From positions 66,960,001 to 67,024,000 of the forward strand of contig OZ287751.1 in assembly GCA_965649765.1 (NCBI GenBank): DNA of 64,000 nucleotides, given 5' to 3'. Made by a program: the position numbers and the translations under genes. The number at the start of each line of letters is the position of its first letter. Position 1 is the stretch's first letter. This DNA comes from Bispira polyomma. Taxonomy: Eukaryota. The notes under the pieces are model-generated. The model saw nothing but the letters and a program-made list of their open reading frames with translations, did no database searches and was not told the origin of the DNA. This document shows, one piece after another, positions 23,601-38,600 of the stretch.

Positions 23601-26600
23601 TTGTTTTGTTTTTAATTGGGATATTTAACGTCCACTCTAGTACCTGTTTAGGTTATATTGGGATGGGTAGTTGGAAACGCTGGAGGAAACATTGCATACA
23701 GTTGATAAAGGTTCTGCACTGAAACCAGCGGCCCACAGTAACGAACTACCACATTTCCCCCATAGGCATCGACAGGAGTCGAACTCACGCCACCCAGAGG
23801 TGAGAGACCAGTGATTGTGAGGCGCAATGCTTGCTAACCAATAGGCCACCACGGCCCCTGTTCACTGGTGGAGGAAATCAGAGCAGAGTAGTTGGTCAAG
23901 GTTTTCCGCTCTGCTGCCTCTGCAAAAAACGGCGTTCAGCAAGTCTACTGTCAACATTTCAACATACACCAAGCCAAGATTTGAACCTATGACTACATAA
24001 GTGGAAGGCGGGTGTGTTACAACTACACCACTGAGTCCTCCAGTCAAACAATATAAACACTACTACTATTTAAACAGAACAGTACGTAGACATAAACCTC
24101 TATTATCTGAATTATACAATTTATAAAAACAGTTTTAGTAACCAAAATGTACATTTTCCGATTGTTTTTTCATACTTATTGTCGTAAAATGCTTTTTTTT
24201 TTTACAAATTTGCTCTCCAAAATCTTACATATAGACAAAATATAACATCAAAGGACATTATCTTGTGGGCACATCGTTGCTAGGGTGTTGCTAAGGAGTG
24301 TACACTTACTCATGGTAAAGCATTAGTTGACGTCATTTCTGGAGCAAATGATGTCAAACTAACGCAACAAGAGAGGTCTACTGTGTCAGGTTGTTCAAAA
24401 TTAAGTATTGTTCAGCAAATTTGTCTTAAAATGCGACTAACTTTCTGAGAAATCTAAAAAATTTTCCTAGCTTTGCTTATACATCCTGACTATCAATCTC
24501 AACATTGTCATTTGACATTCTATGTGCTATTTTTATCTTGGTTAATTTCAGTCTACAGATCCCCCTCTAATACAAATTCCTTTTCTAAAGGCCAGAAAAT
24601 CTGTCCTCCTCTTTCCAGATACATATAATAGCCAGGATTTTCTTGGTTAGCCCCGGAGTATTCGGGGTGATTATCTGTATACAGTCTCATATAGGAAACA
24701 AGTAATGGACCATGTCTCTCTGCCTTAGCCTCTGAAACATGTGCCGGGAATTTTAGATCAGCTAGGACAAAACCATAGTCTGTACAGGAAATGGCCTACC
24801 AGCCCACTTGTATCATAAAAATAAGTTTCCACCCACTGAGGATACTGGAGTAAAATGGTTATTGGCGTTATCAATATATTTTTTTTATAATTTTTACAAA
24901 AGATGTAGCCCAGTTTATTGTAACTGCAATAATGATGAATATATAATTAGTAGTAGGTAAATCGTTTATCGATATCGACAATATTTATTGTTTGGGCTTT
25001 TGCATGCCGATATCGATGTCTAATACTAACACATCGATATCATAAGTGACACATATTTCACCGTTGGATCACATTTTTACGATAGTTATAATGACATTTT
25101 AAAGATATTACCTTTTGAACAATGCATAATAACCATTTTATATCCATTTTTACTTGTAAACCTATTTGGCGGTTCTCACTTCCGGTTTCATTCAGGCAGG
25201 TTTTTCGTTTTGAAGATACGTTCCACTTTTCTTAACTTTATTTCTATGTCCCGATATTGGTCGATATTGAAATAATTGTAGGTTTGATATCGATCTCCAC
25301 TAACCTAAACGCTTTACCCACTAATAATTTGGTACAAAATATATGGATTTATTATATAACATTGACAATAGGTATTGTCATCTATTGTATTATGCATTTT
25401 TTTAACGTGCCTTATTGATGCAAAGCAATTCTTTTAAAGTACAACAGAATCAATAAGAGAAGGTACAGGTAACCTATAATCAGAATGTCATTAGTCCACA
25501 CAATGATGTTAAATATATTTAAGGGAATCTCTTCCTTGAAAAATGTCAACTTGAAGCTGAATACGAATACTGTAATATCGTCTAAGCTAATTTTTCTAAG
25601 TGGTATCTACAATTTGCAAAGAGCTCAGCCCTTCAGCACTCCAACAACACATTTAGACTAAGTTCCGCTGCCTTTTAGCCCCATTTAGAAAGAGCAATGA
25701 GTTGAACATTTCTGGTGGGTTCTTCAATTCATCTCATTCCGACTCAGGGATAAGAGAATGTGTATACCAGGCATAAAACCCAAAGACTCCCTACTTGAAT
25801 CAACTGAGGGCAATTCTGGATCTGAAGCCTTTAAATGTTACAGTGAGCTATGTGGCAAACCCTACACTTCTGGTAAATCTTTCAATGACATTAAATCCAA
25901 AAGAGATCAGATTGGGACTAGGTTTAATGCAGGAAAAGGTTAAAAGTACTCCCATTTGGGTCTCTGAGCTAGAGATGTGGAACAGTTTATTTGTTGGTCT
26001 CCGGTTTTAGTGTTCTCCAACTGATGTACTCCTCTAATGACAATCCAGAACAAGAGTTGTCTTTTAAAAAAGACAAAGGCGCACAGTGTGAAATACACTA
26101 ACATTGATATGGCCACTATAATATACTCAGGCCCCAGGCTGCGCCTGATAACAATAAATCTGACACCCGGGTTGATTGATTCCAACCAATCCATGAATGC
26201 TTTACATATTTTCTAAGATGGCGGTGCCCTTTTCATAATGCAAAAAAATATCAGGCTGAACCTGATAAAAATCCTTACTATAAACAGAAGCAGGGAAAGG
26301 CTTTTATTTACCATGAACAAATACATACGCCTACACTTTTTTAAATAAAGCATTTTTATGTATAGACACGCAGAGTATGAATAAGTTGGCGGTTTTATTC
26401 TGTATTATAACTGAAACATTTACCGCATAAAAAACTTTAACATAATATAATAGAAATCTTAGAAACAACAACTTTTTGATTCAGCTAAATTTTCATAAGA
26501 TATTGATATCAAAAAGCGTGTCAGTATTTTTTATAAACCTTAGTTTTTATTAGTTAGTATCACTTATCATTTGGATAGACCAGGAAAAAAACATCAGATC

Positions 26601-29600
26601 ACAACATGAAGTACTTTATCTGTGTACAAACATGTACAAAAGCTGTGTAAACTTCCGCCATCAAATACCCACATATATCAGGGACCATGAGGACAAAATC
26701 ATTTTAGCATAAAGGTGACTAAACACCTTGAGCCCTCAAATAACTGTGGACATGAGCCCAGTTCTTCTGACAGAAACCAAAGCATGAATTTTCTTACTTC
26801 TCAGATAAATGTAACCCATTCTGACAAGGTGATTAAAACAGAGAATCTTTAGGTGTGTACATATGATATCTACACCTCAGTCCTTTATCTAAGCATAAAA
26901 CCTTTTCACTTTAGGATCACTATCCCCTCTATCACATTATGCTATATAATATATATGATAAGAGTAAATATCTGAAATACGCCACTGTATCTAAAATTCA
27001 CCACATAGAGAATGTTGTGTTTTTTGGTAAAATTGTGGGTAATATTTGCTAAAATTGAGATTTCTGTGACTATTTTGCCTTTCTTACCTAAATTCCAGTT
27101 ATTGTTTGTTTGCCCAGTTTTTATTGATTTGCCTTAAATTTTCTAGAGGGTGAGGAATTTCAGATAGAGTGGCAAATTTTAGATTCTTGCTCCATCTGGC
27201 CTTCATATACATATTGCCTTTTTTATGTCAGTACACACAAAACAATATCTATACCACATTACAACACAACCAGCCAGCCTTGAGACGGTCTGACAATCTT
27301 AGGCAAACATGTCAACCTATACCTTTGTACTAGAAAAACCATCTGACATCTGCTTTTTATGGGCCAAAGGCAACACAAAACAGCTGAGAAATAACAATCT
27401 GCTTATTATTATAATAAAACACTGATAGCAACAGTTCAGAAAAGTCCCAATATCAACTAGTTTTTTTAAAGACAACATGTGTGCAACAAATTATTTTGTA
27501 TCAACACAAGTTCATATTTAGTCAATTTCTCACATTTTCAGCATTATAAATAGAACTCCTATCATTGTTTGTAAACAATGACACAGTTTTCCAATGATAT
27601 TCATAAAACTACATCTGTGTGCCAAATGAAAAGATACTTTTTCTATTATTTTTAAAAACGTTGTACCAAGCCAATGAGTTTTTAAGTATAACCTCAAAAG
27701 AGGTCGAAAATGTCCAATGTAAAATGAATTCCAGCTTTTGTGTTGTTGTAGAAAAGAAACCTCTCTCATGGTCACCTTGCATATTATAGAGACTGTATAC
27801 ACACAGGATTTTTTATGACACACAGAGCATCATCTACCACTTGTAATAAAATATAATATAAAATCATTGTTAATAAATTATTTTTAATAATCTTATCGGT
27901 TCTTAAACTGACAAGAGCTTCTAAATTTACTACTTATAACACCTTTAATCATTTCTATATATCAATTAAATAGTCTTAGCAGTATCACACGTCCAGGGAC
28001 CGATTCATTGATAGAGAAGTCACATGACTAAAATCTCCTGGTTTTTCCGGGCCCCCACTACCCCCTGGCTATTGTTTGGATGGTATCAGGGTCTAGGGGG
28101 TTGCATGTTAATCTACTCACTTAGAAACAGGGTTTATGATTTGTTTCATGAATTGTTTATAAATGCCACACAATGATATAATTAAAGACACCTCTTCATA
28201 CACCAAAGAGAGGATGGGCTTAATGAAAAAAAACCTTAAAACAATCCAATAAATCTCAATTGCGGTTAAATATAATTCACAACATAAAGCCGTCACTTGG
28301 ATTTAAATATAGTAAATCATACCTCCCTTAAATTGTGCTAATTCTGTACTTCGTTTAAGCATATATAATTAAGAATCCTATTTTGTTGGCTCAGCACTTA
28401 AAGACTCTTCACACAGTACACTGCAGGATCTCACACGCATATTATTGCCGAGGGTTAGGAGATGGCGGCGCTTTCATGCTGACCTTCCGACGTTTCTCCA
28501 CTGACACCTTTGTACGAAAGTAATACCCCAGAAACAATACCAGCCCATCCCCCCCCCATCACCACCAGACCCTTTGTCAGCATATATACTGCTTAATGAA
28601 AATAGACCAACGTGTTAATATTTATGAGGGCTGCTAATTAATATTTCTGTAATAGAAAGGACAAGGTTGGATGGAGATGGAGAGATTTATAGCATCGCCA
28701 TATAAATACAGTGCATTAAAACAGAATAGGATCCTCTATTTTCCGAACATGTGGGGGAGAGAAAGATTGTTTGGATAATAGAAGGTTCATAAAGCAGAAG
28801 AACATTTTTTGTATAAAATCAGAAGAGCACTCAAGTAGAGTGTACATCTCTGCCAAACTTAGTACCATTACCATGGCGACTGTACCATAAAAATTACAAA
28901 CAAATCCAGGAAAATCCGCCCTTCTACCCAGATCCACTCTAAACTTTAATGCTCCATTTCTTCAACAAATTTCATGTAAATTTGTGACATAGTTTTTGTA
29001 GAACAATCCTAGTGACAAGCCAACTAACCAACGGATATGGGCCAAAACATCACCTCATCGGCAACGGTAAATAAAAACAGATCAGAACTTTTGGAGACTA
29101 AAATATAAATGTTTTTACTTCTGTAGCATCACAATCAATGACTGGACATCCTTTATGGTGCACATCCAAATCAGTATGTGAAAGAATAGACAGACAGGAA
29201 AAAAGCTTCATGATCAGGGTTCAGTCGTGGCCAGCAAAAGGTGGAAAAGTAAGTTTGATGTGTTTTGAGTTTTGTCCTAAAGCCTGTAATTATTACCTCA
29301 AAAAATGTGAAGACTAGTAGAGTTTTAATAAATTGAAAATTTGAATAATATACATTCTTTGAAGGTGGTGTAAGTTCAAGAAGCTACATGTGGATTATAG
29401 TAATATATCAATATTGTCAACACATGTGTACTAAAAGCTACAAGCTGAGGTGAGAGTCATTCATCTTTAAACATCATCAAATGTCTTCTCTAGTGATCAG
29501 CTGAACTGATCAAAAGACATTCAATGACATTTTAAATGAGTTTATCAGGACTCTCAACATAAAATAGACCCTCATTCCACATCACATGACTGTTTTGTTT

Positions 29601-32600
29601 GAAAGTAAAATGGTAAGGAGAGCTCATAGTCTATTGGTATAATTTATGGTGATGAAAAGCCTCCTAATAATTACGCCAGTTGATAAAAGCTAGTATGTAC
29701 TGACTAATTATCTGTAAATATATTTGTGCCAAAATTCTATAAGCTTTATATTTCTCCTATGTTGATCAACAGTCCCCAAGTTTCTTTTGTATACCTCCAA
29801 AGAAAGCATGAAATGTATAAATGTGATTATTCATTTCTAAATATATCAATGAATAGGTGTAGGAATAGCTTTATAAATAGCCCCAAAATTATATGGTGGG
29901 TCTTTTTTCTGCCACCTTATTAAATGGCCATTATATACTACATCAAGTCTATGGGTCCAATAGAGCTGATAATCAGTTATTTAATGTGAGCAACAGATAC
30001 AACTGGCTAGTATTGATTAGCTTTCATGTGTCAAAGCTAATATGATTTTTTCATTTGTACCATAAAACCTTTAGTACCTACCATGGCTGGTATTCCGAAT
30101 TAATCACTTATTTGATAAAGTATCACAGAGGCTTGGACATGTATGAATATACTGCAGCAATAAATCTAACAGTTATGGTAACCTACTACAATATTCAGGC
30201 AGATCAAGTGACAGCTTAGAGTTGATCATCTTTGAGATTTCCAGCTCATATGCTTGTGATGCCCTTTATGCATCACAAGATTCCAGTCTTTTCCTTTTAG
30301 TTTTTTTATACAATTTAAATGTCTAAATATTCAGGGGTTTTCCCCGGATGTTAAGCAGAAGTTCTGACCCTCTACTCACACGTTACCAATGAAGCTACAC
30401 CATTGCTGGATCCTTTTTATCCAGCGCATATAGTAAAATTACCTGAGTGGTGTATATTTAAAAAATATGACGAAAAAAGATAATCAGTACAATTCAAACC
30501 AGAAAGTGACCTTTTTGCTATAATATTAAATTTGAGGATTATTTCAATTTTTTTGGTCAACCTAAAATCAAAGCGGTTGTACAACAATGGCTAGAAATGG
30601 TATAAAATTAACCAGACCACAAACCCCAACCACTTCTGAGATCTACTTGTCGACACATATCAGACGATCCTCAAACTAAAGCATACGATCACGTCATACT
30701 GACGTCATACGTCAGTATGACGTATCGCCTACAAAAATGGAAAAATATGTCTGCGCAGATCTGACCCCTAGATCTTTTGTTTGTGCGTTATTCATGAAAT
30801 TTCTGCTTAAATTTAAGCGTGTGTATGTGTAATCGGAAAAGCTGTTTATTCTTGTCAGTGACCAAAAAGAAATATTCAGTAATAAAGTTGGGCTAGTGAT
30901 GTTTTTACCGAGATTTGCTGGCTCTTATGTAGGGTTACATCATCAATGTTAACAGCTATAAAACAGGAATAGGATTCCCAGAGTACCATGTCTCTTTAGT
31001 CGAAATATTTCAAAAAATTGTTTTTATATTCTTTTTTTTTAGCTTGTCAAATGAATCCCATTCATTATTGGCTGTTATTTACTAATCCGTCTGTGGTAAC
31101 ACGTTTTTTACCCTGGTTATGAAAGGGGTAACAGATAATCATTACTCTTAATACAGTGAAGAACTGGGAAGGGGTGAGAGGGGGGATAATCATAAATCTC
31201 ACCAATAACTAGGATTGGTACAAGTGGGCTGTGAAGTGTTGAAAGAAGTGCCACCTTGAGAATATACAGAACAAAGTTTTAGCCTTGTCACAGGCTCAAG
31301 TCTACTCTGAATTATGGACCCAAGACCAGACCCAAGACTAGTGGGGAAATTGTTCATGGATATCGATAATATTCATTGTTTGGGCTCACAGGTGCTGATA
31401 TCGATGTGTAACATCTGTACAACAATTTTAATCATCTTTGAAGTTAATACCTTTTAATTAAGAAATTATAAAGCATTTTAATCTGTTCAGTTTTGTTTGA
31501 GTATATTTTCTTGTTTTAAAAACATGATCCAGTCTGTTGGAATGTCCCGATATCAGCTGATGTCAAACTAATTTGCCTTTGATATTGAAATTGTGACACA
31601 CACAAGTGATTTACCCACTATCTAAGACACATGAAAAATCTAGTAGCAAAAATTTATTAATACTTCAAGACGATGTGCTTATCTAGAATATGAAAACACA
31701 AGTGTGGTAAAATGGTTGCAGGCGTCATAGGCCACTTATTATAGTATTGATGGAAACATTGGGCTCCAGATACAAAATTATCTGACATTAAGTCAAGAAG
31801 TCTGACTTTATATTTACAAATTTGAACTTTATTTTTATTGTCAGAAAATCCCCAAATCTTTGACTCCTACTGCTCTGATACGTACAGTGGCATTGGCAAT
31901 AGTTAGCTTCTATTATTACAAAGAAGTCTGGGTCAGGAAAAAAACCACTGCAGGCGAGTAGACAATGTATCTAACAAAAAGCCCATTCTGAGAAGCTAAA
32001 TGTATATTGGGAGTGGGAGTGGGGGAGTGGGAGTGGGGTGGGGGCTTTCTCCATAATCTGAGACTTGGTCAAGGCTAGAGAACAATTCCACAGAGAGCAG
32101 TTAGCTTCTCCAGTTTGTGGCTGGGTAAATCTGTAAAGATCTCTTAACCTTTTGGCCTGAGGACCAGGCAGGCATTAAAACCAGCAGTGAAGCACGCACA
32201 CACAGCCTGGCTTCATGGATTCATCCTTCAAACAATACAATCATTACTGGGTTGAATAAGGTGCAGATTTCATGGCAGGAGGAGGAAGGGATTTTATTAT
32301 GATTGCAACTTCCTACTCTTCTTCCTTCAGTAGTGTGGAAGTTCTTAATTACAGGAGCTATTTTCCACTAACTAAAAGCAGTTTACCTTAGAATCCAAGA
32401 CAATGCCAACCCCACACTACAGTAAAAACTTGTATTGTGTTGAAACAGCAAGACTGTTCAGATAATAGAAGGGTCACAAAATAGAAGACAAACTTTTGTA
32501 TCAAACAATAGGAAAATATAAATTCTGCAAGAGTAAAAAGTATGTTTGTAAAATCGAATATTTGAACATTAGAAGTTTGGATGACAGATGTAGATGTACT

Positions 32601-35600
32601 ACAGTATACAGTAGAACCTCTATTATACAAACTTCCATTTTTCTAATTATTTGATTTGATGAACTCATTTTTTATTACTTTATACAGAAATATTTCTTCT
32701 ATTTTATGAACCTCCTCTTATTCAAACAAATTCTTGCTTTCCCAACATGTTCGGATAATAGAGGTACTACTGTATTTCACTCTACACCTTCCCATTCTCA
32801 AATCAAAGATGGACTTTAAATAGGATAGTTTACAACAGATGGTACCACTGATAATATCTAGGGTCTAGGCATCAACACTTTTGCATATTTTTTTAACAAT
32901 CCCCTGTATTTATCATAAAGCTTCAAATAGTATTATTTTTTTCAACACAAACCATGTGCATCCAAAATTCTAACTCATTTACACTTTTGGGGTAACTTTT
33001 CTGCACTACATATGTAATAAACTCCTTACAAACATTGGCGGGCACACACAATGTCACTCATGATGTGCTCAGCCTTAAACCTCTGGCCCCTAGACCTCTC
33101 CAGTTTCTGTCATTAAAAGATAGGCTGGTATGAACCACACCACAGAAGGCATATAGTTACATCATACAAAACACTTTCCAAAACATTACACAATCCCAAC
33201 AGGCTCAGTTTACAACTTCCATACTTTATAGCTTTGTCAGATAAGACCCTTTTAAACTTCAACGTGAACTTTCACACAATCAAATATAACTCATCTAAAT
33301 ACCTGGAGGGGTTTCATATGTAAAAGTATTAAGATATATAGGATTCTAACTCACGTAAATAATGTTACTCTGGAATTACAGGATTAAACCATACTGAAGT
33401 ATAGAACTTTTACGTAAAACAAATGTGAGGTCTTTAATGACTATGACCTGTTATCAATAAAAGTTTGTTCACTCTTGTCACTGATTTTGTTCATCTGTAC
33501 CCATAAGATAAGATAAAGGCTGGCATTCAATGGTCTCTTGTGTAGCTTAAAAAGGGGTCCAATTAGTTCAAGAAACTGAAGTAAAACTAACAAATTATGT
33601 TCCTGAACATGCAAATATTCTACACTAACATTTCTTACAGCCAGTTATCACTTATATTCATAAATCACTATATCAATCGTGATTTTGTCAAAACAGTAAT
33701 GTTGTGTAACATTAGCATCTAATATTATGTTTTTTTTCCAACTTATTATCAATACTTACCCAGATATTTCTTTACTGCTGCCATGTTACTTTCTGAAATG
33801 CTTTATAAAATGGGTTCATATTAAATCTAATCTAATAGCTTAGCTAATACATGTATCCTGATTTGAGTCTTGTTAGTGGTTCATTGTTACTTGGGTTGCA
33901 TTTTTCAGGCTTTGCCACAGCTTTGAAATACTTCAACAGTAGACATATTTAACCCTTTTGACCCCTATGTCAATGGCATTTGTTATTCCTAGAATCTCTG
34001 TCTATCGTTTGAAAAAATGCCATTGTTGAATGTCTTGTTTTAGTGACTCCAGCTATCTATAAAACACCAAATAAATTTCGGTCAATTCTCAGTGATAGTT
34101 TTTTTGTCTTGGGGTCAAAAGAGTTTATTTTACTCAATTATTACATAATACCAGCACAACCCACTCTCAGTCTCCCCCTCATCACTCCCAATTGTATAAA
34201 AATTAACTTAAAGAAACTAAACAGATAAGTTGTTTGTTTCACATTTAACTCTGGCCATTATGCAAGTAAACACATCTGCCATACTGTGATGATACATTTT
34301 GAAAACAAACCCCCTCATTATTCTATGAAATACTGGTCCTGATATTAAACAATACAACCTGCATGCCAGCACATGATTATAATACCTACAACAACTGGTC
34401 CTGGACATATTGATGACACACATAAACTTTGTCTCTGTGTGAAGCCAGTTACAGTAGGTCTCATGTGATCAGATAATACACAGCTCAGATGTACTACATT
34501 ACAAAGTGTAGTCTGTGTAACAATGATAGGTATTGTATGAAGACAAAGGGGTTACTCAGTGGTACATCAGTTTGATACATGTGTCACAAGATACTAGTGC
34601 TATAAGTTATAGGATACAATTCTAGGGTTTTGCTTAGTAAAATGAACATAAATACCTTGATAAGGCAGGCAGTTCAGAATCTTCGTATTATGTTTATACA
34701 CTTATTCATTAATCAAAACAATGTTATTAATGTCAAAGTCATGACAATGTGATTACAATGTGTCAAAATGAGGTCAGAACATGGAACTGGTCGTCCACAC
34801 TTATTATTATATAAAATTAAGATGAAAACATTTTTATCATTTAGTTACCATGGTAATAGTTTTAGATTTCAGTTGAAAGTCACTTTCATCATGTCTTGTG
34901 TCACATCACGACAGGCAGTTCACTGGGAGGAAATCAAAACAAGGCAGTTGGTCAAGGTTTTCTGCTCTGTAAAATCACCAGCCTTCAGCAAGTCTACTAC
35001 CAACTTTTCAAATACACACCAGGGCTGAGATTTAAACCCACAACTGCAGAGGTGGGAGGTCAGTGTCTTACCAATTACAAAACTATACTATGTCTAATAA
35101 TATTAAATTGGTAATCTATCTCCAAAGCACATGTCCAAATACAGCTATTCTAAACTTGCAGATCTTATAGTCTTATAAACGACTGCAAAAAGTGCAGCAC
35201 AAGCCATGTAGCAATGCATCAGTGAAATATTTCACAGAGTACTTTACGCCTGACATTCTTTTACTAGAATCAGTTATCTCAAGTACAGAAAGCCATCAAT
35301 AACACTAAACACGTAAAACGGTTTCCTAGTGTGAAAGAAATGCTCTTGCAGCATTCAGAGGGAATCATCTTGTACCAGCATGAAATATGTTCATCTATAT
35401 TCTCTCTGTGTAAGGGGTGGGTGCAACAGTTGGTAAGCTCAACGGTAAAAACAGATACATTGTTATAAGAGACTACATGATAGTGAACATCTCTGGGACA
35501 AAAATTCACATATGATTGCAATCTAACCTCAGAAAATGGAAATCCTTTAACAGAAATGAGATAGATATAATACTAATTGCTGTCAATAAGAAAATGTTAA

Positions 35601-38600
35601 TTTAACCAATTTTTAAATTCTGTCAGGAAATATATGTGAATCTTGTCTGCAAAACAATGGACAGGTCACTAAACTTGTATAGGTTTAAGTGATTCAATTC
35701 AATAAAAAAGAAATTCAACAAAAAAAAATTTATCCAATCATAGATTCAACCATACTAAACACTCATTAGCCATTAACAATGTACGTGTAAAATTATCAAG
35801 TATTTAAAACAACTACTGAAACAAACTTGCCCAGTAATACTATTTACTATCAGCAACAGTGGCGGTTAAGAGAAGAAAAAAAACACACAAAAAACTTCTT
35901 ATTAAGAAACTGTGTTAATTTATTCATGGAAAGTGACATCAATACTTTCAACGCAGATTCAGCTGACTTTAAAAAAGCTCCTCACCAAAATAACGGAGAC
36001 CAAAATAGAAACTGTGAGCCTGAATAACTGTTTATCAATACTGTGCTGGAGTATAAAAACTCCATTTGGCAGAAAATGGCCTGTAATCCAGTGTGGTGCT
36101 CCACACCAGGCAATATTAGAACCTAATTTACAACATTCCAGCCTCTAGAATGAACAGAAGGACTTGCTTAAAAGGAATGTGACAAAAAGACAACAACAAA
36201 AGACTCAATGCATGTTTTATAGATTAAGTGAACAGAACTGAATGATTACCATATTGTGCAGATCACCACTCACTGGCAGGCATACTATATATTTTAAGTA
36301 TAACATCTGAATTTCGCCGGACAGTAAATTTTGCCAGTTGACATTTTTCGACTATACAAGCAATTAAGTTTCTAAAAATCAAACACAAAAATCAACAATT
36401 TATTTGTTTTTTGAAAATTTACATTCCTTAAAATTTCCATAAAATCGGATTATAAAGCGATTTACTTTTGGTGGTGAAATGTTACGGTGAGTGGTCAAAA
36501 TAACTAGCGCACCGGCATGTGGGTTGTCCTAAATATAGTAACAGGGCCAACACAGCATTGAAGTCAACAATGTACATGGTCAGTAGTCCTAGTTCTCACT
36601 TGTGTGTGAAACCAATAAAAGTATTCACTTCACTTGTGCAGCACTGACCAGTGTGCTCCCCTGATGCCTGTGTATTAACTACTCGACTAAGTGAGCGTTT
36701 CCATGCAGGCAACTTTCTGAGGCGATCAGGCGACGGCCGACGGCGATTCTATCAGTTTCACTGATTTATAACCAAGTGTTTCCATGTGAGCAACGCCGAT
36801 AGGCGACAGGCAATGCTAGGCGATTTTTTCGGTACTAGGAGCAAAAACAATCGCCTGACATTGCCCGTCGCCTTGTAAACATAGCCGTTTTTTTTAAATA
36901 ACTCAAAAATTACTGAACATAAAAAATTAATAAAAATATGACGAGAAAGCTTATTTTATTGGGTATATTGTGCTTTTTGCTGCATCAAAATCAGTTGAGA
37001 AATGGCTAAGATATTCAGGTTTAAATATAGGTATCTATTTTTCTCAAATAACTGTATAAAAACAAAAATTGAAAAATTGCCTGTTAAACGTCGGTTGGTC
37101 GCCTCAGAAAGTTGCCTGCATGGAAACGCTCACTTTGTAACAGAACAGATAAAGTTTCACCTGTGCAATTTAGTTGAATTTGAATTTACTTGGGTTTTAC
37201 AGCACTTTCAACAGCTTTGATCATATCACAATTTAATGGTGGAACAAAACAGTACTAAAGCACTGTAAACCAATGACCTATAACAACTACTTGGCAGACT
37301 TTCCTAACATGAAGGAACAAATAGGGATTCAAACCCACATTGGTCTAAGCGCTTCTAAACACTAGGCCACTGTGGCCCCATTCATCTGTTCAAACTAAAG
37401 GCCATCTTTTTTTGTGTACATAAATTACAGATTGGTCGGCTACCGTGTTAATGTAAAGCACTTAATTAAAACAGTCTTGCCTTACTTTAAAGACACACAC
37501 ATGTGATGTTGTTTCCAGCAGTCTACAGCTACCGAATGTTTGGCAATGTGTTACCAGTAATAATAGTTGTCACACACACACACACACACACACACAAAGC
37601 CACATAGAAATACAAGTGGTCATGTCAACACCTGACAGGCTGGAGGCTGTAAAGTGACTACATACAGTACACGGGGTATTCACAAACGGCTGTCAGTCTT
37701 AACTTAGTCTTAAACTTAACATTTATCGTGTCTAAAATATATAAGATTGTCAACACTAAACATTGATATTTTCTTATTGTCACTGTGATTTAGACCAACA
37801 CCCAAACCCATGCGACCAAAATCAAACAGCAAAATCTTTAGCTAATAAGACCAAGTTAAGACTAAGATATGTTTCGTGAATATGGCCCCTGCCTTACAAA
37901 GTATTAGCCACAGCTACATATGTACTTGATTGTAGTATCCCTACAATACACATATAAATCTATATAAAGCAAGCATGCTTACATTACTATTACTTATTAG
38001 GAGAAAGGTTCATTTATAAAAACACGAGCAAGTGGAACATTAGCAATCCATGAATGCAGAGTTAGAAAAGAAAAAAAGTTTTTTATTGTGACTGGCAATG
38101 ACCAAATTATTGATCAGATGATAATATGAACAACTAGGCAGAGTAGACAATCTATTGCATGTAAAAAACCCAGTAAGGAACTCTTGGATGGCTACGTAAA
38201 TATTTGAGTAGTACTTCAGACTGATACGACGATCTGAACACAAGACTACGAACCATTGATGCAAGAATACCAAGGAATGTAAAAGGTTATTTTTAATCAA
38301 ACAAACTGATTATTTTAGATAGAATTTGACCATCAGATACCAATCCACAACACTGCCCTATACAAGACTATTGCATGTATTATACAAAGCTGTTAGCCCT
38401 CCATCTGACAAAGAGTCAAAGTGTCACATTATTTGAACTTTAGAAAAGATATCATTAGTGTTGCAAAGATTAATACAGATGGTGATAAGATCTTTTAGGT
38501 GGAGACTTATTATTTTATTATCATGTCAAGTGAACAGTGTAGGAAGGAGTGCTTGTCAAAGTGCATCTCTTGTAGCAGACAAATATACACCTTATGAAAC

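Noticed and set aside
25560-26200. Overlapping short ORFs suggesting a decayed retroelement or nested gene
   Set aside because: Multiple stops and no motif I can recognise; a translated profile search is needed
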